Shown: in pieces, positions 9,387-20,356 of the stretch
Position numbering within the stretch: the first letter of the stretch is position 1
How the letters are laid out: each line of letters starts with the position of its first letter
From: an uncultured Armatimonadia bacterium
GTDB taxonomy: Bacteria; Armatimonadota; Zipacnadia; CAVVLO01
Direction: 5' to 3'
Assembly (NCBI GenBank): GCA_963749155.1
Contig: CAVVLO010000002.1
Location: forward strand, 832,001-896,000
Length of the DNA: 64,000 nucleotides
Notes under the pieces: generated by a model
Databases searched by the model: none
What the model saw: the letters and a program-made list of their open reading frames with translations, nothing else
Told to the model about the DNA's origin: nothing
Made by a program: the position numbers and the translations under genes

Positions 9387-12300
9387 CTAGTCCGAGAGCT
9401 TAAATCGGAAGCGCCGGGTAAGCCTCTCATCTCCCGGAGTGTCCAGCGGCAAGGTGTAAGTGACCTGCCAGGCGCCAGTCTCGGCCTCATAGTTGGTCTG
9501 CCAGAAGTCGCTGCCATGGACTGACTGGTCTACCACCCGCCACTCACCCCCCGGCAGGCCCTCCTCCAGCACCGGCAGGCGATAGTCTTTGAGGCCTGCG
9601 AAGGTGACGGGCAGATAACCCAACCCGCCGGTGAGGGAGAACTCCGCCTGGCCGGTCTCGTCTACCTCGATCAGCGCCGGCCAAAGGCGCTTCAGACTGC
9701 CTCGGTCGACCTTGAAGGCTACGTCGTTGCCAGCAGCCTCGCGCTGAAGCAACTGCCAGGTGTTCTCCCACTTGCCAAGCGCGACCCTGAGGGCTTCGTT
9801 TGGCCCGTAATAGTCGCGCTGGAACTGGGGCAGGATGACCTGCTCGAAGGTCGCCTCGACATAGTCGCCAGGCTGAAGCTCGGTCACATCCGGAGGAAGC
9901 ACCAGGTCTACCACGGTGCCGTTGATGCCGGTCGCGTGGACGCCGCGTTCTCTGGCCCAGGGAGAGGCCGGCTTGCCCCCGAGTTGGGCTGTCCACTCGC
10001 GCACGAGGAGGCCACGGTTGGCGATAGCACCGGATGGCTCGCTTGGGGCAGGCACTGCCTCATGCTGAGAGACCCAGGGCGCGCGTCCGGTCAGTTCGAT
10101 GGCTGGGCCTTTGTATTCCTTGCCGCCTGGCTCAGCGTCCCACTCTTTCTGAAGGCCAGCGGTGTTGCCCCAGGCCAGTTTGGGTGTCGCGATACAGTTG
10201 TAGGTGTCCGAGCCGACCTGGAAAAGCGCAAGCCGCGAGGGAGAGGTGGCCTTTAACACGTCCAGACGCAGGTGGTAAAGCCCTCGCACATAATCGTCCG
10301 TGCGCCAGAGGCTCACTGTCACCTCGTGGGCAGAGCGCCCCATCAGCGCTGTGGCCGGCGTAAGTAACTTCGGTCAGGACAGGGCCCTGACGCAGGTATC
10401 TCTCGCGCATCCCGGCAGGGAACTGGCGCTCTCCGGCCGCGTCGAAATAGCGCACCAGATCGCCGCCCCCGACATTGTTGGTCCAGGTCCACTTGTTCTG
10501 CTGGTCGGCGGTTGAGCGCATCCCGCTGACCATCAAGGGGCGCACATCACAGATAAGCGTGTGGGCCTGAGCCTGGTCGGGCTCATAACAGATAGACTCG
10601 CCCCAGCAGCCGATGGCGCTCTGATCCCACACCTGGTTGCTGCCCCAGCCGATAAGGCAAAGCTGCGCATGCGAGGCCGCCCCGACTCCGCCCCAATGCG
10701 CCCAGGCCAGCCGGAATTCCAGGTTGAGGGTCGAATTCGCCGGCACCCGCACGAAGCTGAAGGCATGCAGCCAGGCGCCCTGATACCGCAGCTTAAGGCT
10801 CGGTTGATAGTGCCAGTTTTTGCTGAGCTGCACCGGCAGACCGCAAGGCACTCCTGCCTCATCGCAGAGCAGTGGCGAAAGCCCGGTCGGAGGTGCGATA
10901 CCGGCGACCCCCAGGCTGTGGTCTGGCTTGTTGAAGAGCAACCTGAAGGTCTGTTCTGCTTCAGTTGGATTGGAAAGGGTGACAGCGACCCGCTCCAGAG
11001 TATCGTTATGCTCGCCGAAACGCGCAACTTTACCCAGGTCTACCTGCCACCAGCCACGTGCTGCTTCATATTCGACTGGACACTCGATGCCATCACCCAC
11101 GGAGAGGGCCCTCACAGTGGTAGCCGGCCTGGCAGCAGCTTCAACCAGCCCATCGGAAGTCGCTTCCAGGCTCACCGAGACGGACCGGGGCGCTTCGAAG
11201 CTCCACGGCTGGCCATCTTCGGCTTCGGTCTCTTCGCGCAGGAAGGTTGTGCCGGTCTTCAGTGAGAACCCAAGTTTGGCACTCTGCCAGTCCACGGTCG
11301 GACGCTTGGCAGCGGCCTGGCCTGTTTCGTTGAAGAGCCACTCGCGCACCAGGCCTTCTGGCTGGCTTACAGTCTCGGGTGAAGCAAAATGGGATCGGAT
11401 TTCCTCGAGCGCCAAGGCCCGGTTATAGAGCCGTATCTCGTCCAGATGTCCGACAAAGTGATAGCCGTCACCAGTCTTGTCGCCGCGCCCACCGAACACC
11501 AGTGGCGTATTGGTCGAGATTCTGGGCCGTCCGATTTCGAGCGCGCGCCGTTCCTCTCCATCTACATAAAGCCGCATTGTCTGTCCGTCATAGGTCAGCG
11601 CCAGGTGGTGCCAGCTCTCGGTCGCGAGGGGTTGTTCCTGCAGGTCGAGGCTGAAGCAGTTGTCACGTCCGCCGCCAAGATTGAGGAAAGCTGCCGCGTG
11701 ACCGTTTACCAGAGCCATCCCATAGTGACCGTCAGCCCATTCGTTGCCGCCCTTGCAAGCCAGCCAGGGATAATAGGCTGTGGTCTGGGCGTTTTCAGGA
11801 AGGTAACACCACAACTCCAGTGTCAACTCGGAGGGGTCCAGTTCAGGAGAAGCCTCCACCTCAATCAGATTGGTGCCATCAAGCCCCCACCCGCCCCCAA
11901 CGCGGCCGAAAGCGGGACCTGCTGGGACTTGCTGGAGCCTCGGCCAGGCTTCGAGCAGGAAGGTCAGTCGGTCTGGCCAGGCGAGTGGTCTCGAGTCGGG
12001 CATCCAAAGGCGCCTTGTCTCCCGCCTCGTTCTCGAAAATCAACCCGGTCACATCGGCCCGCTGGATGAGTTGACCGCCCTCGATAACTCTTGGCCCATT
12101 ATGGATTGTCCACTCGCCGCCCCGGACACACTGGTAGTGTTCACCCTCCAGTATCAGGGCCAGCTCTAGGTCGGCAGAGGGCAGTGAGAGCACCTCTTCA
12201 GGCGACTCCGTCAAGGTGGAGAGATAGCTGCCAGCCTCAGGAAGCGCGCCAAGATGGGCCACTTCCATCCTCTCGACATCCAGTGCGAAGCCGTAATAAC

Positions 12301-12478
12301 CCGTGCGCACGCAGCGAAGCCAGCGACCTTCGGCATCACGCCCGCGCACACCATCGGGCCACCCCATATAGGTATAGTCGCCCACCTGAGGGGCGCAGTC
12401 GGCAGGAGTGACAATACGCTGAGCAATCGAGGGCAAGGCTACGAGCAGCAGCAGACAAACTAGTAAGAGGTAGGGCAT
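9387..12478 (-). CDS. large secreted LamG/concanavalin-A-like domain protein (2 frame breaks)
   Basis: Signal peptide; WHHLALTYDGQTMRLYVDG and FVGHLDEIRLYNRAL LamG signatures; ORFs 11879-12478, 10132-12003 and 9387-10343 join by frameshifts. Confidence 0.8.
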
Positions 12479-12518
12479 ATCGGCCTCCCGGCAGCGCAGT
12501 AAGCGAACCAGGAGAACC

Positions 12519-12541
12519 TTCGACAGGGGGAGCTGGAATCC
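12519..12541 (-). promoter_or_regulatory. SigH-like promoter motif
   Basis: gcgGGA ttccagctccccctgt CGAA, 40 nt before ATG 12478. Confidence 0.5.
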
Positions 12542-12553
12542 CGCAAGAGAGTT

Positions 12554-13468
12554 TCAGGCAAGCACTTTGGCAAGCACGAGGCCGGCAGTCAGCCCGAAAC
12601 CGACTACCATATGCACCACGATGGTCAGCGCATTGCTCCTCAGCGCCAGTGGATCGCCCACCAGCCAGAGTTTTGAGTAAGTTGCAGCGGCAGCGGCGAT
12701 TGGCAATCCTGCAAAACCAAGTAGCACCGCCATTGGCAGCACATCGAAGACCGCAAAAACCAGCAGCAGCATAAAGCCGGCGGTGAAGAGAAGCCGGAGG
12801 TTGCGCGTTGCAATCCTGAGTCCGACCCGGGTGACATGGGTGCGCTTGCCGGCGGCCGAATCGCCGGGCATATCGGGGATCTCGTTCACATACAGCACAG
12901 CCATTATGAAGAAGGCGATAACGCAGCCAAGCAGCAGCGGAGTTGGCCCGAAGCTCCCTGTCACAGCCATATAGCCCCACAGCACGGGAAGAGGTCCAAA
13001 ACCGATTCCAGTCAGCGCCTCGCCCCAACCCTTGCCCATCGCGAACACGCCAGGCGAGTTGTAAGCGAACAGCACAACGATGCCAGCTCCAGCCAGGACG
13101 GCCATCTGCCAACCCACCGCCAGAGCAAGCCAGGCGGTAAGTACGATTGCGCCAAAGAGGTAGAGCCAGATAAGGGCTTTGGCGTCGGCAAGCTGCAATT
13201 CGCCACTCTGAAGCAGCCGGCTGCCGCCCGAGAAAGGCGTGGGATTTGGGTTGGCGCGATCGCAACCGAGGACTTCGTCAGTATAATCGTTGAGGACGTT
13301 GGCTGCCGCGTGCAAGAAGCAGCCTGCCACCAGTGCGATCAGCCACAGCGACCAGGAGAAACGGCCAGTCTCATACCAGCCCAAAGCTCCACCCGCCATG
13401 ATCGGCACGATCACGGCAGTCAGGAACTGCGCCCTGATAGCGCGCAAACTGAACAGCAACACTTTCAC
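12554..13468 (-). CDS. menA: UbiA-family prenyltransferase, MenA-like (1,4-dihydroxy-2-naphthoate polyprenyltransferase)
   Basis: NVLNDYTD...D, FSGGSR, GWGE and NEIPDMPGDSAAGKRT motifs; multiple TM helices. Confidence 0.85.
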   Translation of the reverse strand: MKVLLFSLRAIRAQFLTAVIVPIMAGGALGWYETGRFSWSLWLIALVAGCFLHAAANVLNDYTDEVLGCDRANPNPTPFSGGSRLLQSGELQLADAKALIWLYLFGAIVLTAWLALAVGWQMAVLAGAGIVVLFAYNSPGVFAMGKGWGEALTGIGFGPLPVLWGYMAVTGSFGPTPLLLGCVIAFFIMAVLYVNEIPDMPGDSAAGKRTHVTRVGLRIATRNLRLLFTAGFMLLLVFAVFDVLPMAVLLGFAGLPIAAAAATYSKLWLVGDPLALRSNALTIVVHMVVGFGLTAGLVLAKVLA

Positions 13469-13507
13469 TCCAAGTCCCTCTTCCGGCCGTGGCAGCGGCC
13501 GGGGGCG

Positions 13508-13536
13508 AGAATAGCCTGCCTCGCCCGGCCTGTCAA
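13508..13536 (-). promoter_or_regulatory. sigma70 promoter for menA
   Basis: TTGACA-N17-TATTCT on the minus strand. Confidence 0.7.
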
Positions 13537-13611
13537 AGGCGCCGGGCGATTCGCTAGCTGCCCTCTAGGTAGTGTAACCCCGAAGTGGTATATTAGGGTC
13601 AGGTGAGATAG

Positions 13612-14949
13612 ATGATACGATACAGTTTGTTTATATGCCTCCTTTCTGCACTCCTGGCGCTGCCCGCCTTCGCCCTTCAGGTGAGACTGGCCGATGCCAC
13701 GCCCGATCTGGTGAGACAGACTCCTTATGGGGAGGAGCGCCTGATTTACCTGGCGCTTGAGAATCCCGATGCCGCAACGCTTGAGGGCTTGAATCTCGAA
13801 TATGAGGCAGGGGGCAAGAGTAGTGTTCGGGCCTTGCTTCCCATATCGCAAGGAGAAGTTTGGGACACTGTCTGGGTCTGCCCGAAGTGTCCAAGTCTCA
13901 AGGGGCGCGTGGTGCGGGGTGAGGAGATACTTTGGGAAGGGCTCCTCGAAATCCCGGCCCTTGGCGAACATACCTATGTGCCGTATTCCCCTGCCGTCGA
14001 ACTGGATGACCTGAAGCCTCTGATGCTGCGCGGCACAAATTATTACCCCCAGTATCAACCCTGGCCAGGACTTTGGCGCTCGGCTTCCGATTGGGATTTC
14101 GCCCGAGACTGCGCCCTTATGAGCAGCGCCTTGTATATGAATACTTTTCGGACTTTTTTCAATGCCGATACAGAGTGGGGGCTTACGCGACCGGATGGCA
14201 CTATTACTCCCCGCGTCCTGGCTCGGTTTGGCAGACTACTGGATGCCGCGGACGAGAATCACCTCAAAGTGATGCTCTGCATCGGTGGTGTAGTTGATGT
14301 GAGTGACCTCAACGCCTGTAAACGGTTCTTCCGCACGGGAGTTGAGCCCTTCGTCTGGGATGGGCGCGTGTTGATGTGGGATGTCATAAACGAACCAGGC
14401 GGCGCTGATGGTCCAAAAGCTACGCCCGAACTTGCCAAAGCGGTCCAGGAGCTGTCAGCCTGGCTCTCGGAACTGGATGGCAACCATCTCTGGACAGTGG
14501 GGCTGGCCTGGCAGTTCGACCAGCTTTGGGAGCTTGGCGTTAAGCCGCCAGTAGGGCAATACCACAACTACTCCTCTGCCGTTGCGGTGCAACCTGTAGG
14601 AGAGCCCCCTGTGCGCAATGTCGCCGAGGACCTGACTAACACTCTGGCCTTCATCGAGCAGCGTCCTCTCATCATCGGCGAGTTTGGCCATGGCACTGCC
14701 GGCGATAGCGGCGTCAGCCTGGAACGGCAGCAGGAGATATACAGGGACTTGCTGCTTGGAGCCGAGACGGCAGGTATAGCCGGCGTCTACAACTGGACGC
14801 TATACGAGTTTAATCCAGACTGGATGGGCAAGTTCGAACAGTCTTTCGGTATCGTGCGCGTGGATGGCACTTTGAAACCTGCTGGCGAGACCCTCAGGGA
14901 TTATTATCGCAAGTGGCGGGCGCAGGTGAAGGCGCCCTGGGAGGACTAG
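13612..14949 (+). CDS. secreted clan GH-A glycoside hydrolase (GH5/GH2-like)
   Basis: Signal peptide; RGTNYYP, WDVINEP (acid/base), IIGEFG (nucleophile), FGIVRVDGTLKPA. Confidence 0.85.
   Translation: MIRYSLFICLLSALLALPAFALQVRLADATPDLVRQTPYGEERLIYLALENPDAATLEGLNLEYEAGGKSSVRALLPISQGEVWDTVWVCPKCPSLKGRVVRGEEILWEGLLEIPALGEHTYVPYSPAVELDDLKPLMLRGTNYYPQYQPWPGLWRSASDWDFARDCALMSSALYMNTFRTFFNADTEWGLTRPDGTITPRVLARFGRLLDAADENHLKVMLCIGGVVDVSDLNACKRFFRTGVEPFVWDGRVLMWDVINEPGGADGPKATPELAKAVQELSAWLSELDGNHLWTVGLAWQFDQLWELGVKPPVGQYHNYSSAVAVQPVGEPPVRNVAEDLTNTLAFIEQRPLIIGEFGHGTAGDSGVSLERQQEIYRDLLLGAETAGIAGVYNWTLYEFNPDWMGKFEQSFGIVRVDGTLKPAGETLRDYYRKWRAQVKAPWED
14916..14948 (+). repeat. 33-bp direct repeat, copy 1
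   Basis: GCGGGCGCAGGTGAAGGCGCCCTGGGAGGACTA, identical to 15587-15619. Confidence 0.95.
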
Positions 14950-14950
14950 A

Positions 14951-14979
14951 TTTCTGGAATATTGGCTCACTTCCAGAAA
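14951..14979. terminator. inverted repeat between convergent genes (probable terminator)
   Basis: TTTCTGGAA-N11-TTCCAGAAA. Confidence 0.5.
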
Positions 14980-14980
14980 C

Positions 14981-15262
14981 TCACAACCCAAGCTCTGAAT
15001 GGGAACCGAGGCGAACCAGCACTAACGTATCGGCCTCGGGCTTCTGGTAGATTAGAATCAGGTCAGGCTTGACATGGCAATCGCGAAAATCTTTCCAGTC
15101 GCCGATTAACGGATGATCACAGTGGCGAGGTTCCAGCGGCTGATCGTTCGCCAAGGCGTCCAATACAGGCATAAGGTGCTCTTCCAGGCTGGATCGGTGT
15201 TTACCTTTTGCCTCTCTTTTCAAGTCGCGTTTAAAGTGGCTGGTCTGCTTAATCGTGCGCAT
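14981..15262 (-). CDS. yafQ: YafQ-family (RelE/ParE superfamily) mRNA interferase toxin
   Basis: FKRDLKR, DHPLIGDWKDFRDCHVKPDLILIY and LVRLGSHSEL. Confidence 0.92.
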   Translation of the reverse strand: MRTIKQTSHFKRDLKREAKGKHRSSLEEHLMPVLDALANDQPLEPRHCDHPLIGDWKDFRDCHVKPDLILIYQKPEADTLVLVRLGSHSELGL

Positions 15263-15509
15263 TTAGGGTATCGCGGATCTCGCCAAGTGTTGTGGTCTCA
15301 AGTTTGCCACTACGTGCTTCTCGCATAGCCGCAAGGGTTTCGGCTTTGGGAATCAGCGGCTCAAACGGCAGCGCCTTTTCTTCTGCCACTTTGATAAGCA
15401 GCAGGCGCACTGCATCAGACACTGTAAGGCCCATTGCGGCCAGTACAGCAGCAGCTTCTTTCTTAATGGCCCCATCAATGCGGGCCTGCACGAGTTGATT
15501 AGCAGCCAT
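15249..15509 (-). CDS. dinJ: DinJ/RelB-family antitoxin
   Basis: VQARID..IKKEAAAVLAAMGLTVSDAVRLLL..VA.EKALPF ribbon-helix-helix pattern; overlaps the toxin start. Confidence 0.92.
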   Translation of the reverse strand: MAANQLVQARIDGAIKKEAAAVLAAMGLTVSDAVRLLLIKVAEEKALPFEPLIPKAETLAAMREARSGKLETTTLGEIRDTLNAHD

Positions 15510-15533
15510 AATTGGTGCTCCTTTTCTTCTTTC

Positions 15534-15552
15534 TGTATTACATTGTAATACA
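15534..15552. promoter_or_regulatory. palindromic operator, likely TA autoregulation site
   Basis: TGTATTACA-T-TGTAATACA perfect inverted repeat 24 nt upstream of the dinJ ATG. Confidence 0.75.
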
Positions 15553-15586
15553 CAACTGGTCTGGTAGCAAGCCCTGGGTTCTGAAC

Positions 15587-15619
15587 GCGGGCGCAGGTGA
15601 AGGCGCCCTGGGAGGACTA
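15587..15619 (+). repeat. 33-bp direct repeat, copy 2 (carries the RBS of the next gene)
   Basis: Identical to 14916-14948; followed directly by ATG 15620. Confidence 0.95.
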
Positions 15620-17709
15620 ATGAAGCAGCTCTTGTTTCTATGCCTTGGACTGAGCCTTTTTGCGAGCCTGGCGCTGGCGGCCCCGCGAGTTTCGCTGCGC
15701 TATTTCATGGGCGATATTAGCAAGCAAGACTTCCACTGGATTGGCGGCGAACTCGTCCAGCAACGCGTCGAGGGCGACACAACCTTTTGGACGGTGGCGC
15801 TGGAGGGCGAGGCCGACTTCTCCGTTGAAGCGCTTAGTGTCAGCGAAGGGCCTCTCACGCGGTGGAGCTTCACTTTTTCTAATGCCGAACCAGACACCAC
15901 GATATCCGAGATCGCCTGCGGCTTGCTTGAAGATGTAAAGCCAGGCGGTTCCTGGGAAGGCGCCCGGCTGCTTTGGCCAAGTCTCTATCAGGGCGCGCTG
16001 ATTACCGCGCTGGGTGACCAGACCGCCTTCGAAGAAGAATGTCGCATCGCCTGCAAGGGGGTGCCCTATCCGACAGGTCTTTATCAGGGCGACCTCTGCC
16101 TGCCCTTCTTCTGCCAGCTTGGCGGTGGCCACACTGTGGGGATGCGCATCGCCGATCCGACCCACGAGCTGGTGCGGCTTTCCGGACAGCGTAGCGAAGA
16201 AGGATTGGACTACTCCTTCTCCGTCTGCCCCAAGCTGCGGACCGGCCAGAGCTGGAGTTTCGGCGAAGTCGAAGTGTTCGACTATCCTTTTGAAGACTGG
16301 CACCTAGTCGCCGACAGGCACCGAGAGTGGCTGGAAAGAGAAGGCTTTCGCCCGGCCACGCCGCGCGACGGCGATGTGGCGACTTTCAGTTATGGCCGCT
16401 GGGATCCAGCCAAACCCGCGGAGGTTATCGCCTGGGCCGCGGCGCTTGGGGCCCAGGATGTCTGCCTGTGGCTTGATTTGTATGGTCGCGGCGACCAATA
16501 TTACCCATGCTATTTTCCCCGTCCAGACGACGGGATAAAGGGTATGACCGCCAAGCTGGATGAATTGCGCGCTGCCGGCCTGCATCCGTATTTCTACACC
16601 AACGGCTATCTGCTCTCTCCCCTGCAGACGCACGAGGACGCGCTGGAGTGGCGGGCTGAATTCCCGGATCAATATCCCGAGCATGTTGCTCAGGGCGATG
16701 TGGGGTACGCCCAGACAGTTGCAGAGTTCCGCAAGGGGTACGATTTCGCAGGGGACTGGCTTGCCGAACCTGAAGCTATCCTGCCCCTGCGGGTGCGGCG
16801 GGCGGACTTCTACTGGGGAGAACATCCGATGTACTTCTGGCATGGGCGGCCTTTCTGGGCGGCCTGTGTAGCCAGCCCCGAGTGGCGCAAGCTCTTCAAA
16901 GACACGGCCCGGTTGCATGGCGAGATGGGCGCTGGGGGGATATTTATCGATCAGGTGTCCGCTATCGCACCGGAGTTTTGTTCTGCCGCTGGTCACGGGC
17001 ATGACGAGGACACCTTCGGCTTCTGGAATCGTGCCTACCTCGACCTGCTAGCCGAGGTCAAGGCCACTGGTGAGGCCCTTCAGCCAGGCTTTTTTATAGA
17101 GGTCGAGGGGGCGACTGACCTCTATGCGAAATATGTAGACCGCTTCCTGACCCATTTCGGTGCGGCCGGACCACTCGAATATCCTCGGCTTTTCCGTTAC
17201 ACCGTGCCCTGGAGCCGCACGGATTGCGGGCAATATCCACTGGACGATGGGGCCGCGGTCAGGGCCAATATCGAGCAGACACTTCTGCTTGGATGCACTT
17301 TCCGGGTGTCAGGCGGCAAGACCAGTGGCGACTGGTCACCGGACGATCCGGTCTTCACTTCAGAAGGGATGCGCCTGATGAAAGCCGCCGTCGCCGCGCG
17401 CCGGTTGCTCGTTCCGTACATCGATGAGGGAAGCTTCCTGGATGACGTGGGGCTCAGCTCGGAGGGTTGCGAGGAAGCGACCTGGTTCTCCGGTAGCCAG
17501 GGATTGTTGTTGGTGGCGAAGGTAACCAGTGGAGAAGGCCGACTTCGTGGCCAGCGACCAACCGCGACCTGCTGCCAGGCGAGGCCCTTGATCTGGATTG
17601 GCAGACTGGCGAGTGGAATCCAGTCATTTGCGCCTTCACCGAAAGGGAGCTGGAGGTAAAAGGGCTTGCGCCAGGACTTCACCTGATAACAATACCGGCG
17701 AGAAGCTAA
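15620..17709 (+). CDS. secreted DUF6259-like putative glycoside hydrolase (probable frame break near 17560)
   Basis: Signal peptide MKQLLFLCLGLSLFASLALA; YFYTNG, GIFIDQVSA and IEVEG TIM-barrel-like motifs; an alternative frame gives a more natural C-terminus ...ELEVKGLAPGLHLITIPARS* at 17709. Confidence 0.65.
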
Positions 17710-20090
17710 CCTTCCAGCGCCTTATGCACTGCCAGGAGCAGTTGCCTGGGCCGATAAGGCTTGCTGACCAGCCCTTTGGCGCCGGAGTCTTTTATCTCCT
17801 TCGCCAGACCGTACCGGCCGTAGCCAGTTATCAAGAGCACTTTGACATCAGGTTTGATCTTCTTAAGGGCCGCGTAGGCGTCGCGGCCTGACAACTTGGG
17901 CAGGATAAGGTCAAGCAGCACGAGAGCTATCTCGTCAGGGCAAGCCTGATATAGTTGAAGGGCATCTTCGCCATCGCGCGCAGTCAGCACCTGATAACCG
18001 GCGTCTTCCAGTACATCGCGCGCAAGTGACAGGGAGACTTCGTCATCTTCCACCAGCAACACCAATTCACCAAGCCCTCTGGGCGCGCCTTCGGGCAGCG
18101 AATCTGGACTAGCCACGGCAGGTTGCTCTCCCTCGGGTAACCAAAGCTTGAATTCGGTATCCCTGGCTCCCGCTGGAAGGGCAGCGAGCAACCCACCGTG
18201 GCTCCTCAGCACCTGGTAGGCAGAGGAGAGAGCGAGTCCCGCTGACTCCAGCTTGCCCGAACTCAGGCGCCAGAAAGGCTCGAACAGCCGCTCCAGTTCT
18301 TCAGCCGGCAGTCGAAGCCCTTTTATCGTGAGACTAAGTGTTACATAGTTGCCCAGACTCAGCAGGTTGCTCTGGTTCTCCTTGATTTCGTCGAAGCCTG
18401 TGGTGAGTTCTATCACTCCATCTCGCCCAAGCGCATCGTGACCGAAAACAAGAAGAGAAAGCAGTGCCTCCTGCAGTTTGTCCGCGTCTGCCTCGACACA
18501 AGGCAACTCGGTCGAGAGGTCGGTGCGCACCTGGATAACCTTGTCGAAACTGGGCTGCGCAAGCTGCACCGCGCGCCAGACTACTTCTCCCAGGTCTACC
18601 TGGCTGGTCTCGGGTTTGCCCCTGCGGGAGAAAGCTTGCAGTTGCCGCGTCAGTTCCGCAGCCTGGGTGGCGGCTGTTTCCATATTGTCGAGATACTTGT
18701 GGAAAGGATGCCCCTCTTCAAGTTGCTCTTTCATCATCGCCGCATAACCCAGCACGGCGCCGAACCGATTATTGAAGTCATGCGCCAGCCCGGAGGTGAG
18801 CCGACCAATGGATTCCATTTTCTGCCGCAGCAAGAGCTGCTGCTCTACCTGTTTGCGTTCGGTAATATCGCGCAAGATGCCGTAATAGGCCCCGAGCTCG
18901 CCCCGCGCGTTGTAGACTCCCCTGGCAGAGAGCAGCCCGGTAATCACTGAGCCCTTTTTACGTTTCAAGTCCAGTTCGAAGTTGCGCACATCGCCAGTCT
19001 CGGTGAGCTCCGCCCAAAATTCTTCCCCTGCCTCGAGGTTAACAGGCAGGTCGTGGATAATTGAAAGCTGATGAAGTTCGCTGACTTCATAACCAAGCAG
19101 TTCGATACCCGCAGGATTGAGATCGAGCAACGATCCATCGGGCAGGCAAGTGAAGATAAGGTCCATCGAGGCCTCGAACAAGGCCCGGTATTTCTCTTCG
19201 GACGCCTGTAAAAGCGCCACCGCGCGCCTGCGCTGGGTGATGTCTCTGGCAATTGCGAGTACATGGCTACGCCCGTGGAAGGCGAAAAGCTGGGCTGAGA
19301 CCTCGACAGGCACTTCGCGATTGCCTTTCGCCAAAAACAGAGTCTCGAAAGCCGACCGCCCATGCGTCTGGATGGTGACACATTCATCATCAAGTTGACG
19401 CCTGGCTGCATCGGGGGCCAAATCAAGCAAGGTGCGGGCAAGCAACTCGCTTTTGGAAAGCCCGGTCAGTCTGGTCGCGCTTTCGTTAGCTTCGACAATC
19501 AGGCCTGGATGGCCACGCCCGTCCAGTTCGAAAAGCAGTATGGCATCGCTTGCGGTCTCGAAGAGAGTGCGAAACTTGTTCTCATTTTCGCGTAGCGCCT
19601 CTTCGGTGCGTTTCAGCGGGCTGATGTCGGTCAACACTTGCACCAGGCCAGCCGACTTGCCGTCAGGCCCCTCGAAGGTCGCTTCCTCCACGAGCATCGT
19701 GTGAAAGGTGCCATCAGGCAGCAACAGGCCCATCTCGCGGCAGTCCAGGCCGCCCTTCGAAAGCAGTTTGGATTCGCGTTCATGCTCGGTGGTAGCAAGA
19801 TCAGGGGAGAGGAGATCGAAGCCTGTCTTGCCGGCCAGCCGTTCTTTGAGTTCGCCAAAAAGAGCCGCAAAAGCAGCATTACAGTCCAGGTAAAGGCCGT
19901 CCTTATCTTTGAAGCAGATGGGATTGGGGATAGCGTCAAGGAGTTGCTTGAGAGAAGCAAGCTGATTACGTTCTGCCTCTTCAGCCTTGGTAAGCTTGTT
20001 CGAGCCGACACTGCGCATCATAAGCGCGAGCGCGCCAAATAATCCACCAAGTAGCCAGGTTTCTGCATTTAAACCAAAGTCGAACAGCAT
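17706..20090 (-). CDS. membrane-anchored multi-PAS hybrid histidine kinase/receiver (CckA-like architecture) with degenerate ATPase motifs
   Basis: N-terminal TM, three PAS/PAC repeats (DIS/DIT), H-box LAHDFNN, receiver LLVEDD...LLDLILP...TG...KPY; RBS GGAGG before ATG 20090. Confidence 0.9.
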   Translation of the reverse strand: MLFDFGLNAETWLLGGLFGALALMMRSVGSNKLTKAEEAERNQLASLKQLLDAIPNPICFKDKDGLYLDCNAAFAALFGELKERLAGKTGFDLLSPDLATTEHERESKLLSKGGLDCREMGLLLPDGTFHTMLVEEATFEGPDGKSAGLVQVLTDISPLKRTEEALRENENKFRTLFETASDAILLFELDGRGHPGLIVEANESATRLTGLSKSELLARTLLDLAPDAARRQLDDECVTIQTHGRSAFETLFLAKGNREVPVEVSAQLFAFHGRSHVLAIARDITQRRRAVALLQASEEKYRALFEASMDLIFTCLPDGSLLDLNPAGIELLGYEVSELHQLSIIHDLPVNLEAGEEFWAELTETGDVRNFELDLKRKKGSVITGLLSARGVYNARGELGAYYGILRDITERKQVEQQLLLRQKMESIGRLTSGLAHDFNNRFGAVLGYAAMMKEQLEEGHPFHKYLDNMETAATQAAELTRQLQAFSRRGKPETSQVDLGEVVWRAVQLAQPSFDKVIQVRTDLSTELPCVEADADKLQEALLSLLVFGHDALGRDGVIELTTGFDEIKENQSNLLSLGNYVTLSLTIKGLRLPAEELERLFEPFWRLSSGKLESAGLALSSAYQVLRSHGGLLAALPAGARDTEFKLWLPEGEQPAVASPDSLPEGAPRGLGELVLLVEDDEVSLSLARDVLEDAGYQVLTARDGEDALQLYQACPDEIALVLLDLILPKLSGRDAYAALKKIKPDVKVLLITGYGRYGLAKEIKDSGAKGLVSKPYRPRQLLLAVHKALEG

Positions 20091-20304
20091 ATTGAAGCCT
20101 CCTGCTACCAGTTTAACAGGTGAAATCTCTACCGCTGCACACACTTATGGTGGGCTGTTACCTGCATGCCACATAAAGAGAACTTGCTGATATCCCTTGT
20201 TACCAAAAGGGCCTTGCGAAGAGCGACTGAAGTATACAAAGCCGTGATATTGCCGAAACTTCACCTGGCTCAAAGAGTGTTTCCCAAGCCTCGAAATCTT
20301 GGCA

Positions 20305-20327
20305 GGAAGGCGTCCCTTGACCGCCAA
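20305..20327 (+). promoter_or_regulatory. SigH-like promoter motif
   Basis: gcaGGA aggcgtcccttgaccg CCAAT, 29 nt before ATG 20357. Confidence 0.4.
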
Positions 20328-20356
20328 TTGCCCTCCAGTTAAAAGGAGGCCATATT

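Noticed and set aside
14949..15586. TA insert as an IS element or integron cassette
   Set aside because: No transposase, terminal inverted repeats or attC structure seen; reported instead as a direct-repeat-flanked insertion.
15512..15619. 36-aa N-terminal extension of the ORF-track 715-aa protein
   Set aside because: It runs through the TA operator and direct repeat; the RBS and signal peptide indicate a start at ATG 15620.
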